Source: an uncultured Chloroflexia bacterium
GTDB lineage: Bacteria; Chloroflexota; UBA6077; JACCZL01
DNA length: 64,000 bases
Assembly: GCA_963765765.1 (NCBI GenBank)
Contig: CAVXYC010000001.1
Coordinates: 64,001 to 128,000 of the forward strand
Reading direction: 5' to 3'
The translations under genes and the position numbers were made by a program. Shown here in pieces: positions 26,966 through 37,435 of the stretch; positions within the stretch are counted from its first letter, which is position 1, and the number at the start of each line of letters is the position of its first letter. Under the pieces are notes generated by a model that was given only the letters and a program-made list of their open reading frames with translations, was not told the DNA's origin and made no database searches.

Positions 26966-28197
26966 TTGCTGATTCCTCGTACGTCTCGTCGCCTCTCCGT
27001 ACTGGCGGCATTGCTGATTCCCGCGCTGCTGGCGGCTTGCTCGCCGGCCGCGAGCACACCACCGCCGGCCAAGCCCACCGAGGCAGCGGCAAAGCCGGCT
27101 GCTTCGCCCGCGGCGGCGGCCAGTCCGGCCGCGGCGCCCGCCGCATCGCCGGCCGCCGCGCAGCCGCATCTCCGGCGGCCTCACCGGCGGCGGCCGCCAA
27201 GCCCACGGCTCAGGTGGACCCGACGCTGGCCTCGGTCTGGCAGGGGAAAACGGTGACGCTGATCGTAGCCGAGAACCCGGGCGGTGGGAATGACGCCTGG
27301 GCGCGGTTAGTGGCACGCCACATTGGCAAGCACCTACCGGGTACACCACAAGTGATCGTGGAGAACATGCCCGGCGCCGGTCACCGCATTGGCGCCAACG
27401 CAATTTACGCATCGAAGCCGGATGGGTTGACCATGGGCCTGGTCGATCGCTACATCCCCAGCTTCCAGCTCCGAGGCGAAGGCCCTGGCGAAGGCGTCCG
27501 ATATGACGCTACGAAGATCGGCTGGCTCGGAAGTACCACCACCGAGACGCAGGCGGTGTTCGTCAATAGTCGCACAGGGGTGAAGGAAGTGAAGGACGTG
27601 CCGAACGTCCAGCTCAATTTCACCAACGCGGGCCCCGGCAGTCCCCCGCACGTCTTCCAGATCGTGCTCAGGGAAGGATTGGGCTGGAAAACGCGCTCAA
27701 TCTTCGGCTACGTTGGCACCGCACAGCAGTGGCTGGCGATGGACCGAGACGAGGTTGACGCGTTCACGACAGCGTGGTCATCCGCCATTCTGCAGAAGGG
27801 GGACGACATTAAGAGCGGCAAATATCTGCCAATCGTCCAGCTCGGTGGGGCGCGGATCAAAGATCCGCTAGCTGCGCGCGTGCCCTGGGCCGAAGACCTG
27901 TTTCAGGACAAGAGTGCCGAGATGCAGCAGCTTTTGACTCTGGCGCAGCGCCCATTCGCCTGGTCCCGCTCGTTTCTGACCTCCCCGGAACTTCCTCCAA
28001 ACGTTCTGTCCACAATGCGCGCAGCCTTCATGCTGGCCTGCGCCGACCCAGCCTTCCTGGCCGAGGCGGAGCAGCTCAAGTTTGACGTGGACGCCGTCCC
28101 GGGCGAGCGCGTTCAGGAGCTGATCCTGGAATACATGAACACTCCCAAGCCGATCGTGGACCGACTGTCAGCGCTGATCGAGGCGGACACCGAATAA
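26966..28197 (+). CDS. Tripartite tricarboxylate transporter (Bug/TctC) substrate-binding lipoprotein (frameshift near 27160)
   Basis: Lipobox LAAC and Ala/Pro linker in one frame; GKTVTLIV..PGGGND, VENMPGAG, KPDGLT in the next frame. Confidence 0.87.
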
Positions 28198-28200
28198 ACG

Positions 28201-28287
28201 AGTTAAGAGTTCAAAATGAAAAGTGGAACTGAACTGTCAGTCAAAGTGCTCCCCTCATTTTGAACTCTTAACTTTTAACTTTTCACT
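28201..28287. terminator. AT-rich inverted repeat with heptamer tandem units between convergent genes
   Basis: AGTTAAGAGTTCAAAATGA (28201-28219) / TCATTTTGAACTCTTAACT (28255-28273); heptamers TTGAACT CTTAACT TTTAACT TTTCACT. Confidence 0.7.
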
Positions 28288-28293
28288 CGGGCG

Positions 28294-29244
28294 TCAGCCC
28301 GGAATCATGCCCAGCCGCCCGGCCTGGAAGTCCTCAAAAGCCTGGGCGAGCTCCTCGCGGGTGTTCATGACGAATGGGCCGTAGTGCGCCACTGGCTCTC
28401 GAATCGGCTGGCCGCCCATGATGTAGAGATCCAGGGCCGGGGTATGGCTGTCCTGAGAGCGATCCGCGCCGAGGCGAAGGGTATCACCCTCACCGAAGAC
28501 AGCGAGCTGCCCTGTTCGGACGGGCCGCTTGTCAGCACCAACGTAACCGGCGCCGCTAAGCACATATGCGAGGGCATTGAAATCCTTCCGCCAGGGAATG
28601 TCCACCTCAGCCCCAGGCTGAACCGTCACGTGGACGATGGTGATGGGCGTGTGTGTAACGCCCGGGCCCTGATGCCCGTCCAAGTCTCCCGCGATGAGGC
28701 GAACGAGCGCGCCACCATCTGGCGATCGTAGTAGCGCAACCGCGCCGCCGCGGATGTCCTGGTAGCGCGGGTCCACCATCTTCTTGGCGGATGGCAGATT
28801 CACCCAGAGCTGCATGCCATGGAAGAGCCCACCGCTCATGACCAGGTGCTCCGGCGGACGCTCGATGTGCAGGATGCCCTTGCCGGCGGTCATCCATTGG
28901 GTGTCGCCGTTGGTAATGACACCGCCGCCGCCGTTCGAGTCCTGATGCTCGAAGATACCGTCGATCATGTAAGTGACCGTCTCAAAGCCACGGTGCGGGT
29001 GCCAGGACGTGCCCTTGGGCTCGCCAGGCGCGTACTCCACCTCGCCCATCTGGTCCATATGAACAAATGGATCGAGCAATTGCAAAGGCACGCCCGCGAA
29101 TGCACGGCGGACCGGGAAACCCTCGCCCTCATAGCCGCTCGGAGCGGTGGTCACAGTGCGCACGGGGCGCAATGCCGCTCGGGTCGGATTGAACGGGGTG
29201 AGCTGTGGAAGCTCGAGAATTTTGTCTGTAGTGATGGCCGGCAT
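28294..29244 (-). CDS. Pirin family protein
   Basis: EGEGFPVRR, HPHRGFETVTY, QWMTAGKGILHIE, QLWVNLP, YGPFVMN. Confidence 0.95.
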   Translation of the reverse strand: MPAITTDKILELPQLTPFNPTRAALRPVRTVTTAPSGYEGEGFPVRRAFAGVPLQLLDPFVHMDQMGEVEYAPGEPKGTSWHPHRGFETVTYMIDGIFEHQDSNGGGGVITNGDTQWMTAGKGILHIERPPEHLVMSGGLFHGMQLWVNLPSAKKMVDPRYQDIRGGAVALLRSPDGGALVRLIAGDLDGHQGPGVTHTPITIVHVTVQPGAEVDIPWRKDFNALAYVLSGAGYVGADKRPVRTGQLAVFGEGDTLRLGADRSQDSHTPALDLYIMGGQPIREPVAHYGPFVMNTREELAQAFEDFQAGRLGMIPG

Positions 29245-29361
29245 GCGTGCTGCTCCGTTGGACCGAACGACCCGCGAATTCGGATCGTTCAAATTTGTAC
29301 TTTCACTATACATGTCGTGGCGATGTTGTGCAAATTTGAACTAATTCGGTATGGTGAGCTC

Positions 29362-29808
29362 GTGGATCGCTTAACTTCGGACGAGCTCAATGCCTGGCGC
29401 GCTTTTATCGAGGGCAGCCTGCGAGTGCATACGCGCATCGACGAGGACCTCAAGGCCGCGTCCGGAATGACGCTTTTCGACTATCACATCCTGATACTGT
29501 TGTCCGAGGCGCCAGAAGGTCGCTTACGCATGCGCGACCTTGCCGACCGCATGGCGTTTGCCCCGAGTCGACTCACGTACCAGGCCACGCGTATGGAGCA
29601 GAAAGGCCTGATTGCGCGCGAAGCCTGCGAAGACGACGCCCGCGGCACCTACGCCGCCATCACCCCCACCGGCCTGCACACCCTCCGCCGCGCCGCCCCG
29701 GCGCACGTGCGGTCAATCCGAAGCGGATTCCTGGATGCGCTGGATGAGCGGGATGTCGCTGATCTCGCCCGGATTTTTGGAAAGGCTCAAGGGCGGCTGG
29801 ATCATTAG
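29362..29808 (+). CDS. MarR family transcriptional regulator, divergent from pirin
   Basis: LRMRDLADRM..SRLTYQATRMEQKGLI..DDARG winged HTH. Confidence 0.9.
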   Translation: MDRLTSDELNAWRAFIEGSLRVHTRIDEDLKAASGMTLFDYHILILLSEAPEGRLRMRDLADRMAFAPSRLTYQATRMEQKGLIAREACEDDARGTYAAITPTGLHTLRRAAPAHVRSIRSGFLDALDERDVADLARIFGKAQGRLDH

Positions 29809-29903
29809 CCGGCGCCAGTCAGAACAGGATCGCCGGAGCTTTCAATGGTCTTTCTAGAGCATCGTGCTAGACTGCCCGGTACCCGCGTCACAGGGAGGGT
29901 GCC

Positions 29904-30374
29904 ATGACCGCCGTCACTGGTTTGGGCCACGTTGGACTCAATGTTGAGGATATCGATCGGGAGCTCTGGTTCTTCACCGAGTTGCTGGGGCTGAAGGTCT
30001 CGGATCGGAATGAGGAAGGGACGACGTTCTTCCTCACCGCCCGGCCGGAGGTGGAGCATCACGAGCTTCTGCTGGCCAAGCGCCCGGGCGACCTATCGTC
30101 GGTGCAGCAGCTCTCGTTCACCTGCTCGAGTCTTGCCGATCTCAAGGAGTTCAATCAGCGTTTCGTGGACAACGGCATCAAGTTCGATCGCGTCGTTTCT
30201 CACGGCAACGCGATCGGTATCTATGTCCGCTCGCCCAACAACAACAAGGTCGAAGTCTACTGGCACACCGGGCTGGATTGGCCTCAGCCGTTCGGCAAGG
30301 AGATGGATCTGACCCGCTCCGACGAGGAGATTCTGGCGCATCTAACCACAGGATTGCCCGCGACTGTGAGCTAG
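29904..30374 (+). CDS. VOC (glyoxalase / extradiol dioxygenase-like) family protein
   Basis: GLGHVGLNVED, FFTELLGL, EHHEL, HGNAIGIY..P.NNKVE. Confidence 0.9.
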   Translation: MTAVTGLGHVGLNVEDIDRELWFFTELLGLKVSDRNEEGTTFFLTARPEVEHHELLLAKRPGDLSSVQQLSFTCSSLADLKEFNQRFVDNGIKFDRVVSHGNAIGIYVRSPNNNKVEVYWHTGLDWPQPFGKEMDLTRSDEEILAHLTTGLPATVS

Positions 30375-31279
30375 CACTCGTGCCGCTTCTCAATCCGATA
30401 TAGGTCGTAGTGCCTAGATCGCAACTGATACGAAGGCGATTCAGGCACAGGGGAAAGCCTGCCCAAGCCCCACGTGTACGATGAACATCGCGCCCCTTAC
30501 TTCTGAACAGTTACCCCCAGGCCTATCGATCGAACCTCCTACTCTGCATGGTGGTCGACGATTCACAGAAGTCTGTATGTCATCCGGTTACGTCCCAACC
30601 GGACGTTTTGCGAAGCCAATGAAGGCTGCGCCGGTGGGCGATGTGCAACCTGTTCAAGAGAGTGTCGCGGTGCGGTGCTTCAGGCACTCGGTCGAAGGAT
30701 TTCGCGGCAATCCACCAAGCCAATGCCTTGAGCTCGGCGGCCAGCCAGACGAGCGGAAAAACCAACGCGAGCACGGCCCAACGCGTAAGTACCAGGCGTC
30801 CAGCACACGGAGGCTGCAGGCGGTAATCTGGCAAGGCCATCGGTAACACCCCCTTCACCGCGGTTGAAACTAGCCGGAGGGCTTCGCCCGCTCCAGGGGA
30901 ATGACTTTACAGCATGCCGGACGCCATGTCGGTTAAGCGGGCTGATGCCCCGGGGCGTCGGCCCGGACAGCATCGCCCGGCGTGTTAAGGGGAAGAGCGG
31001 ACGAGGATTATCGGAACGCTAAGGTTCGCTGAGCAGTTGTGCGTCGGCCTGCCGCGTGAGCACCGGCGTCAAGGGGAAACCAACCTGTCGGTCTCCGCCG
31101 AGTCGAGCTCACGGTGCTGGCGGGGCGGCCGTCACTGGCCGTCGGGAATGTTCCCCGTGCGCCTCGTGGTGGCGTCGGGCGCGCCGGTGGATCTCCCTGC
31201 CGTTTGCAGAAAAGGGGTGGAAAGGCTCCGCAGACCTTTGTCTGAGCAGGACAGAAATCGTAGAACGCGCGCGATTTCA

Positions 31280-31540
31280 CACGTCACGGTGTCCGTCACC
31301 GACGCGGGCGGGTCACCGACCTTCCGACTCGTCTCCGTCACCAGTGACGAGCTAGGAGGCAATGCCATCGTCGGATGGGACATCGGCCAGCCGACGTCGA
31401 CGGACAACTTCGGGCACAGCGGGATGGGAATGGTGACGGACGCCAATACACGCTGACGTACGAAGCGCGTGACACGATCGGCCTCACGGCCCAATGCAGC
31501 ACAACGGTGGTCGTGAAGCACGATCAGGGTCAGTCACAAA
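31280..31540 (+). pseudogene. Fragment of an Ig-like C-terminal domain of secreted proteins
   Basis: VTVSVTDAGG..LVSVTSDE, then shifted frame LRAQRDGNGDGRQYTLTYEARD..CSTTVVVKHDQG; no N-terminus. Confidence 0.6.
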
Positions 31541-31541
31541 C

Positions 31542-31584
31542 GCCATCCCATGGGACTCGAGTCTCCAGAGTCCCATGGGATGGC
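31542..31584. repeat. Perfect 17-bp inverted repeat (terminator-like)
   Basis: GCCATCCCATGGGACTC-9 nt-GAGTCCCATGGGATGGC. Confidence 0.7.
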
Positions 31585-31699
31585 TGCCCTACTTCTTAGC
31601 CCAACACTGAGGTGGCCCGTTGAGCCGGCGGGAAGGGGCCGCCGTGCAGTTGTGTCATACGACAGGGCCGCCAGCGCCTGACCGCCGTGACCGATCCTG

Positions 31700-32425
31700 C
31701 TACGGGTTCGCGGACCCCTGTGACCCCGTAGGACCGCTCCCGAGCGGGTCGGCAAGAGTCCGCAGCTTCCGGCTCGCGTCGCCGACCAGCGGCGGGCCAT
31801 GGCCGAAGCACGCGACCTCGCAGCCCAGCTCGGCCAGTTTCCGCGCCGACGCCATCGACGCGCTGCGGTCGATGTTGAATGGTCCAAGGATCGGCTTACC
31901 TTCCGCGCAGGCGATGCAGTCGCCCGTGAAGAGCACCGACTGCCCGGGCAGCAGAAGCGCCAGGCTACCCGGCGTATGCCCCGGTGCGTCCACGATGCGT
32001 CCGCCGCCCTCGGTGGTGTCGCCCTCGCCGACTTCGCGATTGACGTCGACGGGCTGGGCCGGCGGCACCCGTGGGAAGATCGCGTCGGCCAGCGGACGTT
32101 CCGCTTCGGTCAGCACCGGCGGCGCTCGGCCCGCTCGCCGCGGATGACCGGCGCGTCTGCCCGATGGGCGATCACCTTTGCCCCGTTCGCTGCACCAGCT
32201 CGACGGCTCCGCCACAGTGGTCCGGGTGGAAATGCGTGAGCACAATCTCCCGCACGTCCTCGGGGCGTCGCCCCACAGCCCCAGATCGCCTCCAGGATGG
32301 TCGACGCCGAGCCCGGTGATCCCGGTGTCGATTATGGTCAGGTTGTCGCCCCACTGCCAGACGTAGGCCTGCCCGATCTCGAACGGCAGCAGATGCACAC
32401 CAGGTACAACAAGCTGAGTCTCCAT
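31700..32425 (-). CDS. MBL-fold metallo-hydrolase (compensating frameshifts)
   Basis: IIDTG, LTHFHPDHCG (alternate frame), PGHTPGS, FTGD, FGHG. Confidence 0.85.
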   Translation of the reverse strand: METQLVVPGVHLLPFEIGQAYVWQWGDNLTIIDTGITGLGVDHPGGDLGLWGDAPRTCGRLCSRISTRTTVAEPSSWCSERGKGDRPSGRRAGHPRRAGRAPPVLTEAERPLADAIFPRVPPAQPVDVNREVGEGDTTEGGGRIVDAPGHTPGSLALLLPGQSVLFTGDCIACAEGKPILGPFNIDRSASMASARKLAELGCEVACFGHGPPLVGDASRKLRTLADPLGSGPTGSQGSANP

Positions 32426-32883
32426 AGGTTCGCCTCCAGACCCGCGAGGCGCGTGCGGGAACTCACGCAGGCGCCGGTGCCGCGTGAGACAAGAATACCG
32501 CACCGCCCGGCCCACGGCTGGCGTGGTAAGCGGGGTGGGCCCCACCGTGGTTGAGCCGCAGACGGTGCGCGCCAGGATGGGGAAGCGCCGACGTTGAAAG
32601 GCGTCGCTCTCAACAAGGGAACGCCGTCATAGAGAATCCCACCACTCCTCGACGGCCTGATGCGGAGTGGACAAGGCCAATCTGAAACATTGCCCGCTCA
32701 GAACGGCCACGGCCGCGGCGCCTTCGCCCGCTGGCACCACGCCTGGAAGAGGGAAGCACGTGGAGTGGTTGAGAAACGCGCCGGTCGATCCGTCATTTCG
32801 GAGAAGATTGAACGACGGCGAAGCACGGTGCGACGTGGTTGACGAAACACGCCGGTCAAATCATAGTTGCGACAGGGGGAACC

Positions 32884-33885
32884 ATGGAGCGCCCGCCGCC
32901 GTCAGTTCCTGCGGGTGAGCCTGCCGCTGCTTGGCCTCGGCGTCTTCGCTGGTTGCGGACTCGCTCCACCGCGGACTCTGCGCCACCGCGCGATTGCCCA
33001 GGCTTCGGGTATCTCGCCGCCCGGCTCTCCCGTGCCGTCGCCGCTCGACGACGCGTTTCTGCACGGCCTCGGCGAGCATGGCTATGTTCGAGGGCCAGGG
33101 ACATCGCTCTAGAACGGCGCGGTGCCGAAGGCAACGATGAGCGTATCCCGGAGTTGGCGGCCCAATTGGTGGGGCTCAAAGTGGATCTCCTCGTCGTCGT
33201 CGAACCCGGCGACCCGCCGCCAAGGAAGCGACGGAAACGATCCCAATCGTGATGGTCGGCCGGAGTGCCGATCCAGTGGCCGATGGACTCGTCGCAAGTG
33301 TCGCGCCGGCCGGGTGGCAATCTGACCGGATTGGCGGTGGGCCCGCCAGCTGTACAGCGAGATGGCGCTGCTCAAGGAAGCGCTGAGCTCAGGCGCGTGG
33401 CCATGCTCGTGGATCGGAATGTGGCCCCTGGGCCTCTGCTGCCCCAGTCCGACAGGACACTGGCGGCGCGCGAGCCCTGGGCTTGGAGCTTCAACCCCTT
33501 CACCGTACGAGTGGCCGGAGCTCGCAGGGAGCCAGGCCGCAGTTCTGGGGCAAGCCGGGGCGCTCTGATCATGGAGAGCCCGCTGCTGTATCTCCACACG
33601 AGATTGTACGGCATGACCAGCGAGAAGTCACCTGCCCGCGATCGGTTTGTTCAGGGAGTTCGTCGATGCGGGTGGTCTGATGACCTACGGGGCGGAGCTC
33701 TCGCCGAGATGCACCGCCGCGCCGCCGTGTACGCGGACAAAATCCTCAGGGGCGCCAAGCCCGCTGACCTTCCGATTGAGCAGCCCACGAGGTTCGACTT
33801 TGTCATCAACCTCAAAGCCGCGCGGGCCATGGGTCTGACCATTCCCCCGTACGTCCTGGGGCAGGCCACCGAGGTGATCCAGTAG
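32884..33885 (+). pseudogene. ABC_sub_bind-type substrate-binding lipoprotein, heavily frameshifted
   Basis: RRRQFL..AGC signal; LVGLKVDLLV; RPGGNLTG; ILRGAKPADLPIEQPTRFDFVINLKAA C-terminus. Confidence 0.8.
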
Positions 33886-34328
33886 ATCGCATACTTGCAG
33901 ACACGATGATGGACGACAACCTGAAACAATGCTGGAGCGAAGGCGGGTAGTCTCCACGATGCGTTCGCAGGATTGGCACTCTGTGTGGCGTCCGCGAAGG
34001 GACGCCGCATCAGTCCGTCCTTCGGGCCCCAGCATGTATGGAAAATGGGCCGCGAGTGCAATTCGACCCCCCTCAGTGGTACTCAAGCTCGCCGAGACGA
34101 TTTCGCCTGGCTGCTATCCGACTTGAAGGTATGCCCGCCATCACGGCGTCGTGAACGATATGCCCGGGGTTCTGGTTTCCTTGGACTCAGTGTCGGTCTC
34201 GTGGAGATCCCTTTGTTTGTACGTCGTCGGCCAACTGCCAACCGAATAGGCGCGAGGCTTTGCTGAAGGCCAGCTCAAAGCCGATGGCGAGGCCCGTCAA
34301 GCCCACGACGACCCAAGCGGCCCGCCCA

Positions 34329-34355
34329 TGTCGATTTCGGACGCCGCGGTTCGTC
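34329..34355 (+). promoter_or_regulatory. ECF42-like promoter upstream of the DoxX gene
   Basis: TGTCGA-N17-CGTC. Confidence 0.55.
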
Positions 34356-34473
34356 GAATAAGTGCGGGCAGATTACCCAACGACGATAAAGGAGGGAATA
34401 TTCATCACCTGAGGTTTGTTCCGGGAATATGGACGACTTCGAAAATGGCGAGTCGCCACGGAGGTAACCGGAT

Positions 34474-34872
34474 ATGACCTATGCACTATGGATCCTTCAA
34501 GTGCTGCTGGCACTGCTCTTTCTGTTCACTGGTGGAATGAAACTGCTCCTGCCCATTGAAGAACTGACGTCTGAGTTTCCGCTGCCGGGGTGGTTCGTGC
34601 GGTTCCTCGGCTTAGCGGAGACGCTCGGTGCACTGGGCCTGATCCTGCCTGGGCTCCTGCACATTCGCCCGGGCCTGACACCGCTGGCCGCGGCCGGCCT
34701 GGTGATCATCATGATCGGCGCAGCGGTAATCACGCTGATGACGATGGATGCCACGCTGGCGCTCATCCCACTCACTGTGGGGCTCCTGGCGGCGTTTGTC
34801 GCCTACGGCCGCTGGCGCCTAGCACCGCTCCGCGAGCGGTCTCGCCCAACCGGCGCCCGAGTCGCTAGCTGA
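34474..34872 (+). CDS. DoxX family membrane protein
   Basis: LWILQVLLALLFLFTGGMKL, AETLGALGLILP, LTPLAAAGL; GGAGG SD. Confidence 0.9.
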   Translation: MTYALWILQVLLALLFLFTGGMKLLLPIEELTSEFPLPGWFVRFLGLAETLGALGLILPGLLHIRPGLTPLAAAGLVIIMIGAAVITLMTMDATLALIPLTVGLLAAFVAYGRWRLAPLRERSRPTGARVAS

Positions 34873-34907
34873 GGACGACGTGGCGCGGTCCGCCCGTGTC
34901 ACCGGGG

Positions 34908-34934
34908 TGTCGAGGGGGTGCCCGCCCGTTCGAC
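34908..34934 (+). promoter_or_regulatory. Second ECF42-like promoter
   Basis: TGTCGA-N17-CGAC, with the same spacer length and GTT before the -10 as the copy at 34329. Confidence 0.45.
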
Positions 34935-35159
34935 TTGAGACTACGACGTGCTCATCCCGGAAAGACGATGGCGCCACGTTCAACGGATTCGCGTCGGTCG
35001 ATCTGGAGCAAGACCGGAACCACTTACCCCGTTCTTCCGGACCGTCGTGGGGTCCAAAGTCGGATTGGCGCCACCGGACTTCAGGACGCGGGTTTGAGCT
35101 CGAGGATTGGAGCGGCAACGGCACGGCGCTGGATCACTGCTCGGGTGGGCGTGGCGCAT

Positions 35160-35420
35160 ACTACTGAGTCGGGTCACGGCGTCGAACGCCAGCGCGAAGT
35201 CTTTGATCGAGCCAACCTCCACCGACTGGATGTCGATGTCCGTGGGCACGGCGGTGGCCCGGAAGGTCGGAAAGCTCGACCGGTTTCGCCGGTTCGTTCG
35301 GTTCCAGATCGCCGCCCCGCGGGCGCGCCCGCGGCGCATCTCCATCAGCAGCTCGAATCGCTTCGCGCCGATCTGGCGCGAGATGCCGGTCATGCCGACT
35401 TCGCCAGTCATTCACGTTGA
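35160..35420 (-). pseudogene. Internal fragment of another ABC_sub_bind-type protein
   Basis: MTG..ISRQIGAKRFELLMEM and IDIQSVEVGSIKDFALAFDAV resemble the family's GKRLELL and LEVR..DF..AF segments. Confidence 0.55.
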
Positions 35421-35828
35421 CCACTTGCAGCGCCTGCCTGCGTGAGTGCCATGGTGCACGTGCTGTAATCCAGGCGAAGAATGGTCCCCAGTCACCGAGG
35501 ACGGTCTCGTCGAGGGCGTTCGTTTTGATGTCCGTGTAGCGCTAAATGAGGAGCTCGACTTCAATGATCGAGCACATTGCCAAGACCGACATAATAGTCA
35601 AAGGAGCCCGAGAGTTTGGAATTCCGCCGTGTTCTGCCGGTAGATGTCAATCCTGTGGCACTGAGTTTCGACCGATTTCAAAATTCGTCGCAAAGGACGC
35701 GATAGAGGACGCGCCGGAGGACAGATAAGAGACGGGCGCTCCCTAGAGTGACGGTGACGAACGGTTGAGCGACCACCAAAGAGAGTGACCGACACAACCG
35801 TCCGATCTTGCTCTCGGAGCAGATCATC

Positions 35829-36761
35829 ATGACGACGGCCACCACAATGGTCACCCACAACTACACGTTTGGGAACGTGCTCGAGAATTCGAAGAAGGTT
35901 GCCTGGCAGGAAGACGAGGTCCTCAGCGGTCGGCGTTTCGATCTCTCGAAGCGCTTTTTGCCCGACCGCCTCAGCGGCGTCGACGCCATCGCCTGCCTCG
36001 ACGACGATGAGAAGCGCATGCTGAACCAGATCATGGGCAACGCGTACTGCCACCTGTTCGCCTTCGTGGAGGAGTTCATCGTTCCTACCGTCACCGAAGA
36101 AGTTCTGCAGAATCCCTACGGCGACGAGGTGCGACAGCGCTCACTCCTGCGCTTTTCGGAGGAGGAGCTGAAGCACCAGGAGATGTTCCGTCGCTCGATC
36201 GACCTGTTCACCGAGCAGTTCGGCGCCACCCCAGGGCTGATCCCCGGACGCGAAGCGGTCGCCGAGGTGGTCCGGAGCAAGTCTGACCTCGCGGTGCTGC
36301 TCCTGATCAACATCATCGAGTGGTTCGTACAGGTCCACTACACGGAGCATGTCCGGGGCAAGACCGACCTCGACGATCTGTTCCGCGACCTGCTGCGGCA
36401 TCACTGGCTGGATGAGGCGCAGCACGCCAAGATCGACACGATGCTCATCGCCGAGATGGTCGAGGACATGCCGCTGGCGCAGCGCGAGGCAGCGATCGAC
36501 GAGGTGCTCGAGCTGGGTGGTGCCATCGATGGCTTGCTGCAGCAACAGATCGCCCTGAATATCGACGCGCTACAAGGAGCGACCGGGCGCGGGTTCACCG
36601 AATCCGAGCGTCAGGAGATCAGCGCCAAGACCCTGCACGCCTGGCGCTGGACGTTCCTGGTCTCGGGTCTGGAGCATCCGAAGGTGGTCCAGCTCGTGGA
36701 AGAGATCACGCGGGAGGGCCCGGCCAAGCTGCGTAGCGCTGCTGAAGCGCTGTCAGCCTGA
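35829..36761 (+). CDS. Ferritin-like diiron protein (AurF N-oxygenase-like)
   Basis: Helical; E ligands plus two ExxH motifs (EELKH, DEAQH); GGAG SD. Confidence 0.8.
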   Translation: MTTATTMVTHNYTFGNVLENSKKVAWQEDEVLSGRRFDLSKRFLPDRLSGVDAIACLDDDEKRMLNQIMGNAYCHLFAFVEEFIVPTVTEEVLQNPYGDEVRQRSLLRFSEEELKHQEMFRRSIDLFTEQFGATPGLIPGREAVAEVVRSKSDLAVLLLINIIEWFVQVHYTEHVRGKTDLDDLFRDLLRHHWLDEAQHAKIDTMLIAEMVEDMPLAQREAAIDEVLELGGAIDGLLQQQIALNIDALQGATGRGFTESERQEISAKTLHAWRWTFLVSGLEHPKVVQLVEEITREGPAKLRSAAEALSA

Positions 36762-37025
36762 TTGCGACCCAGCGAATCAGAACCGTCGCCGACAAGACTG
36801 AGCCCTTTACCTGGCAGCAGCAATGCAGCTTGGTGGAGGGCTCTTTGGACCCTGCTGAACGCCGGAGCAGGGCCAGGCCATCCAGAATGCGACGCCTTGC
36901 CAGGAGTCCTCGAAACCCCGCCTGTCTCAGTCGCTTTCCCGAGCAGAGCTCATCGGGCATCCCAATAAGATGCCAGGAGTGCTATTGTGCCGCTACCGAT
37001 AACTCCATTCTCGGGGGAGAGGTTA

Positions 37026-37352
37026 ATGAGTCGAGAAGTACAGACCGCTCACATTGACGAGGTTGAGAAGGTCAAGACCGGATTCGGTTTCACACGATTT
37101 CTCGTGAAGAACAAGCCCGGCGAGGGCGCCAACATCATGATCCGTTACTGGGGACCGGAAACCAACGTACCAATTCACAGTCATCCGTACGACGAGATGT
37201 GGTACGTGCTGGAGGGCGAAGTCATCTTCGGCGACACGACTTACACCGCCGGTTCCTGCGTCTACATTCCGAAGAACGTTCCTTATGGCCCAGCCACCGC
37301 GCCCAAGGGAGTGGCTCTGTTGAGATACGCGGAGGGCGTCGGCGAGATCTAA
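37026..37352 (+). CDS. Cupin domain protein
   Basis: HSHPYDEMWYVLEG, YIPKNVPYG. Confidence 0.85.
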   Translation: MSREVQTAHIDEVEKVKTGFGFTRFLVKNKPGEGANIMIRYWGPETNVPIHSHPYDEMWYVLEGEVIFGDTTYTAGSCVYIPKNVPYGPATAPKGVALLRYAEGVGEI

Positions 37353-37435
37353 CAAGCAGCTCCATCGCACGTGATCGTCTTGGTCTGACTCGGTCTTGAC
37401 AACGTGGCAGATAGCCACCCAACAATGGACTCAGG

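Noticed and set aside
28819-29361. Long N-terminal extension on MarR (329-aa ORF)
   Set aside because: It is the antisense shadow of the pirin gene; the MarR domain starts at about 29362
30481-30846. 121-aa ORF as a real gene
   Set aside because: No SD, motif or typical codon pattern; it lies in a fragment-rich zone
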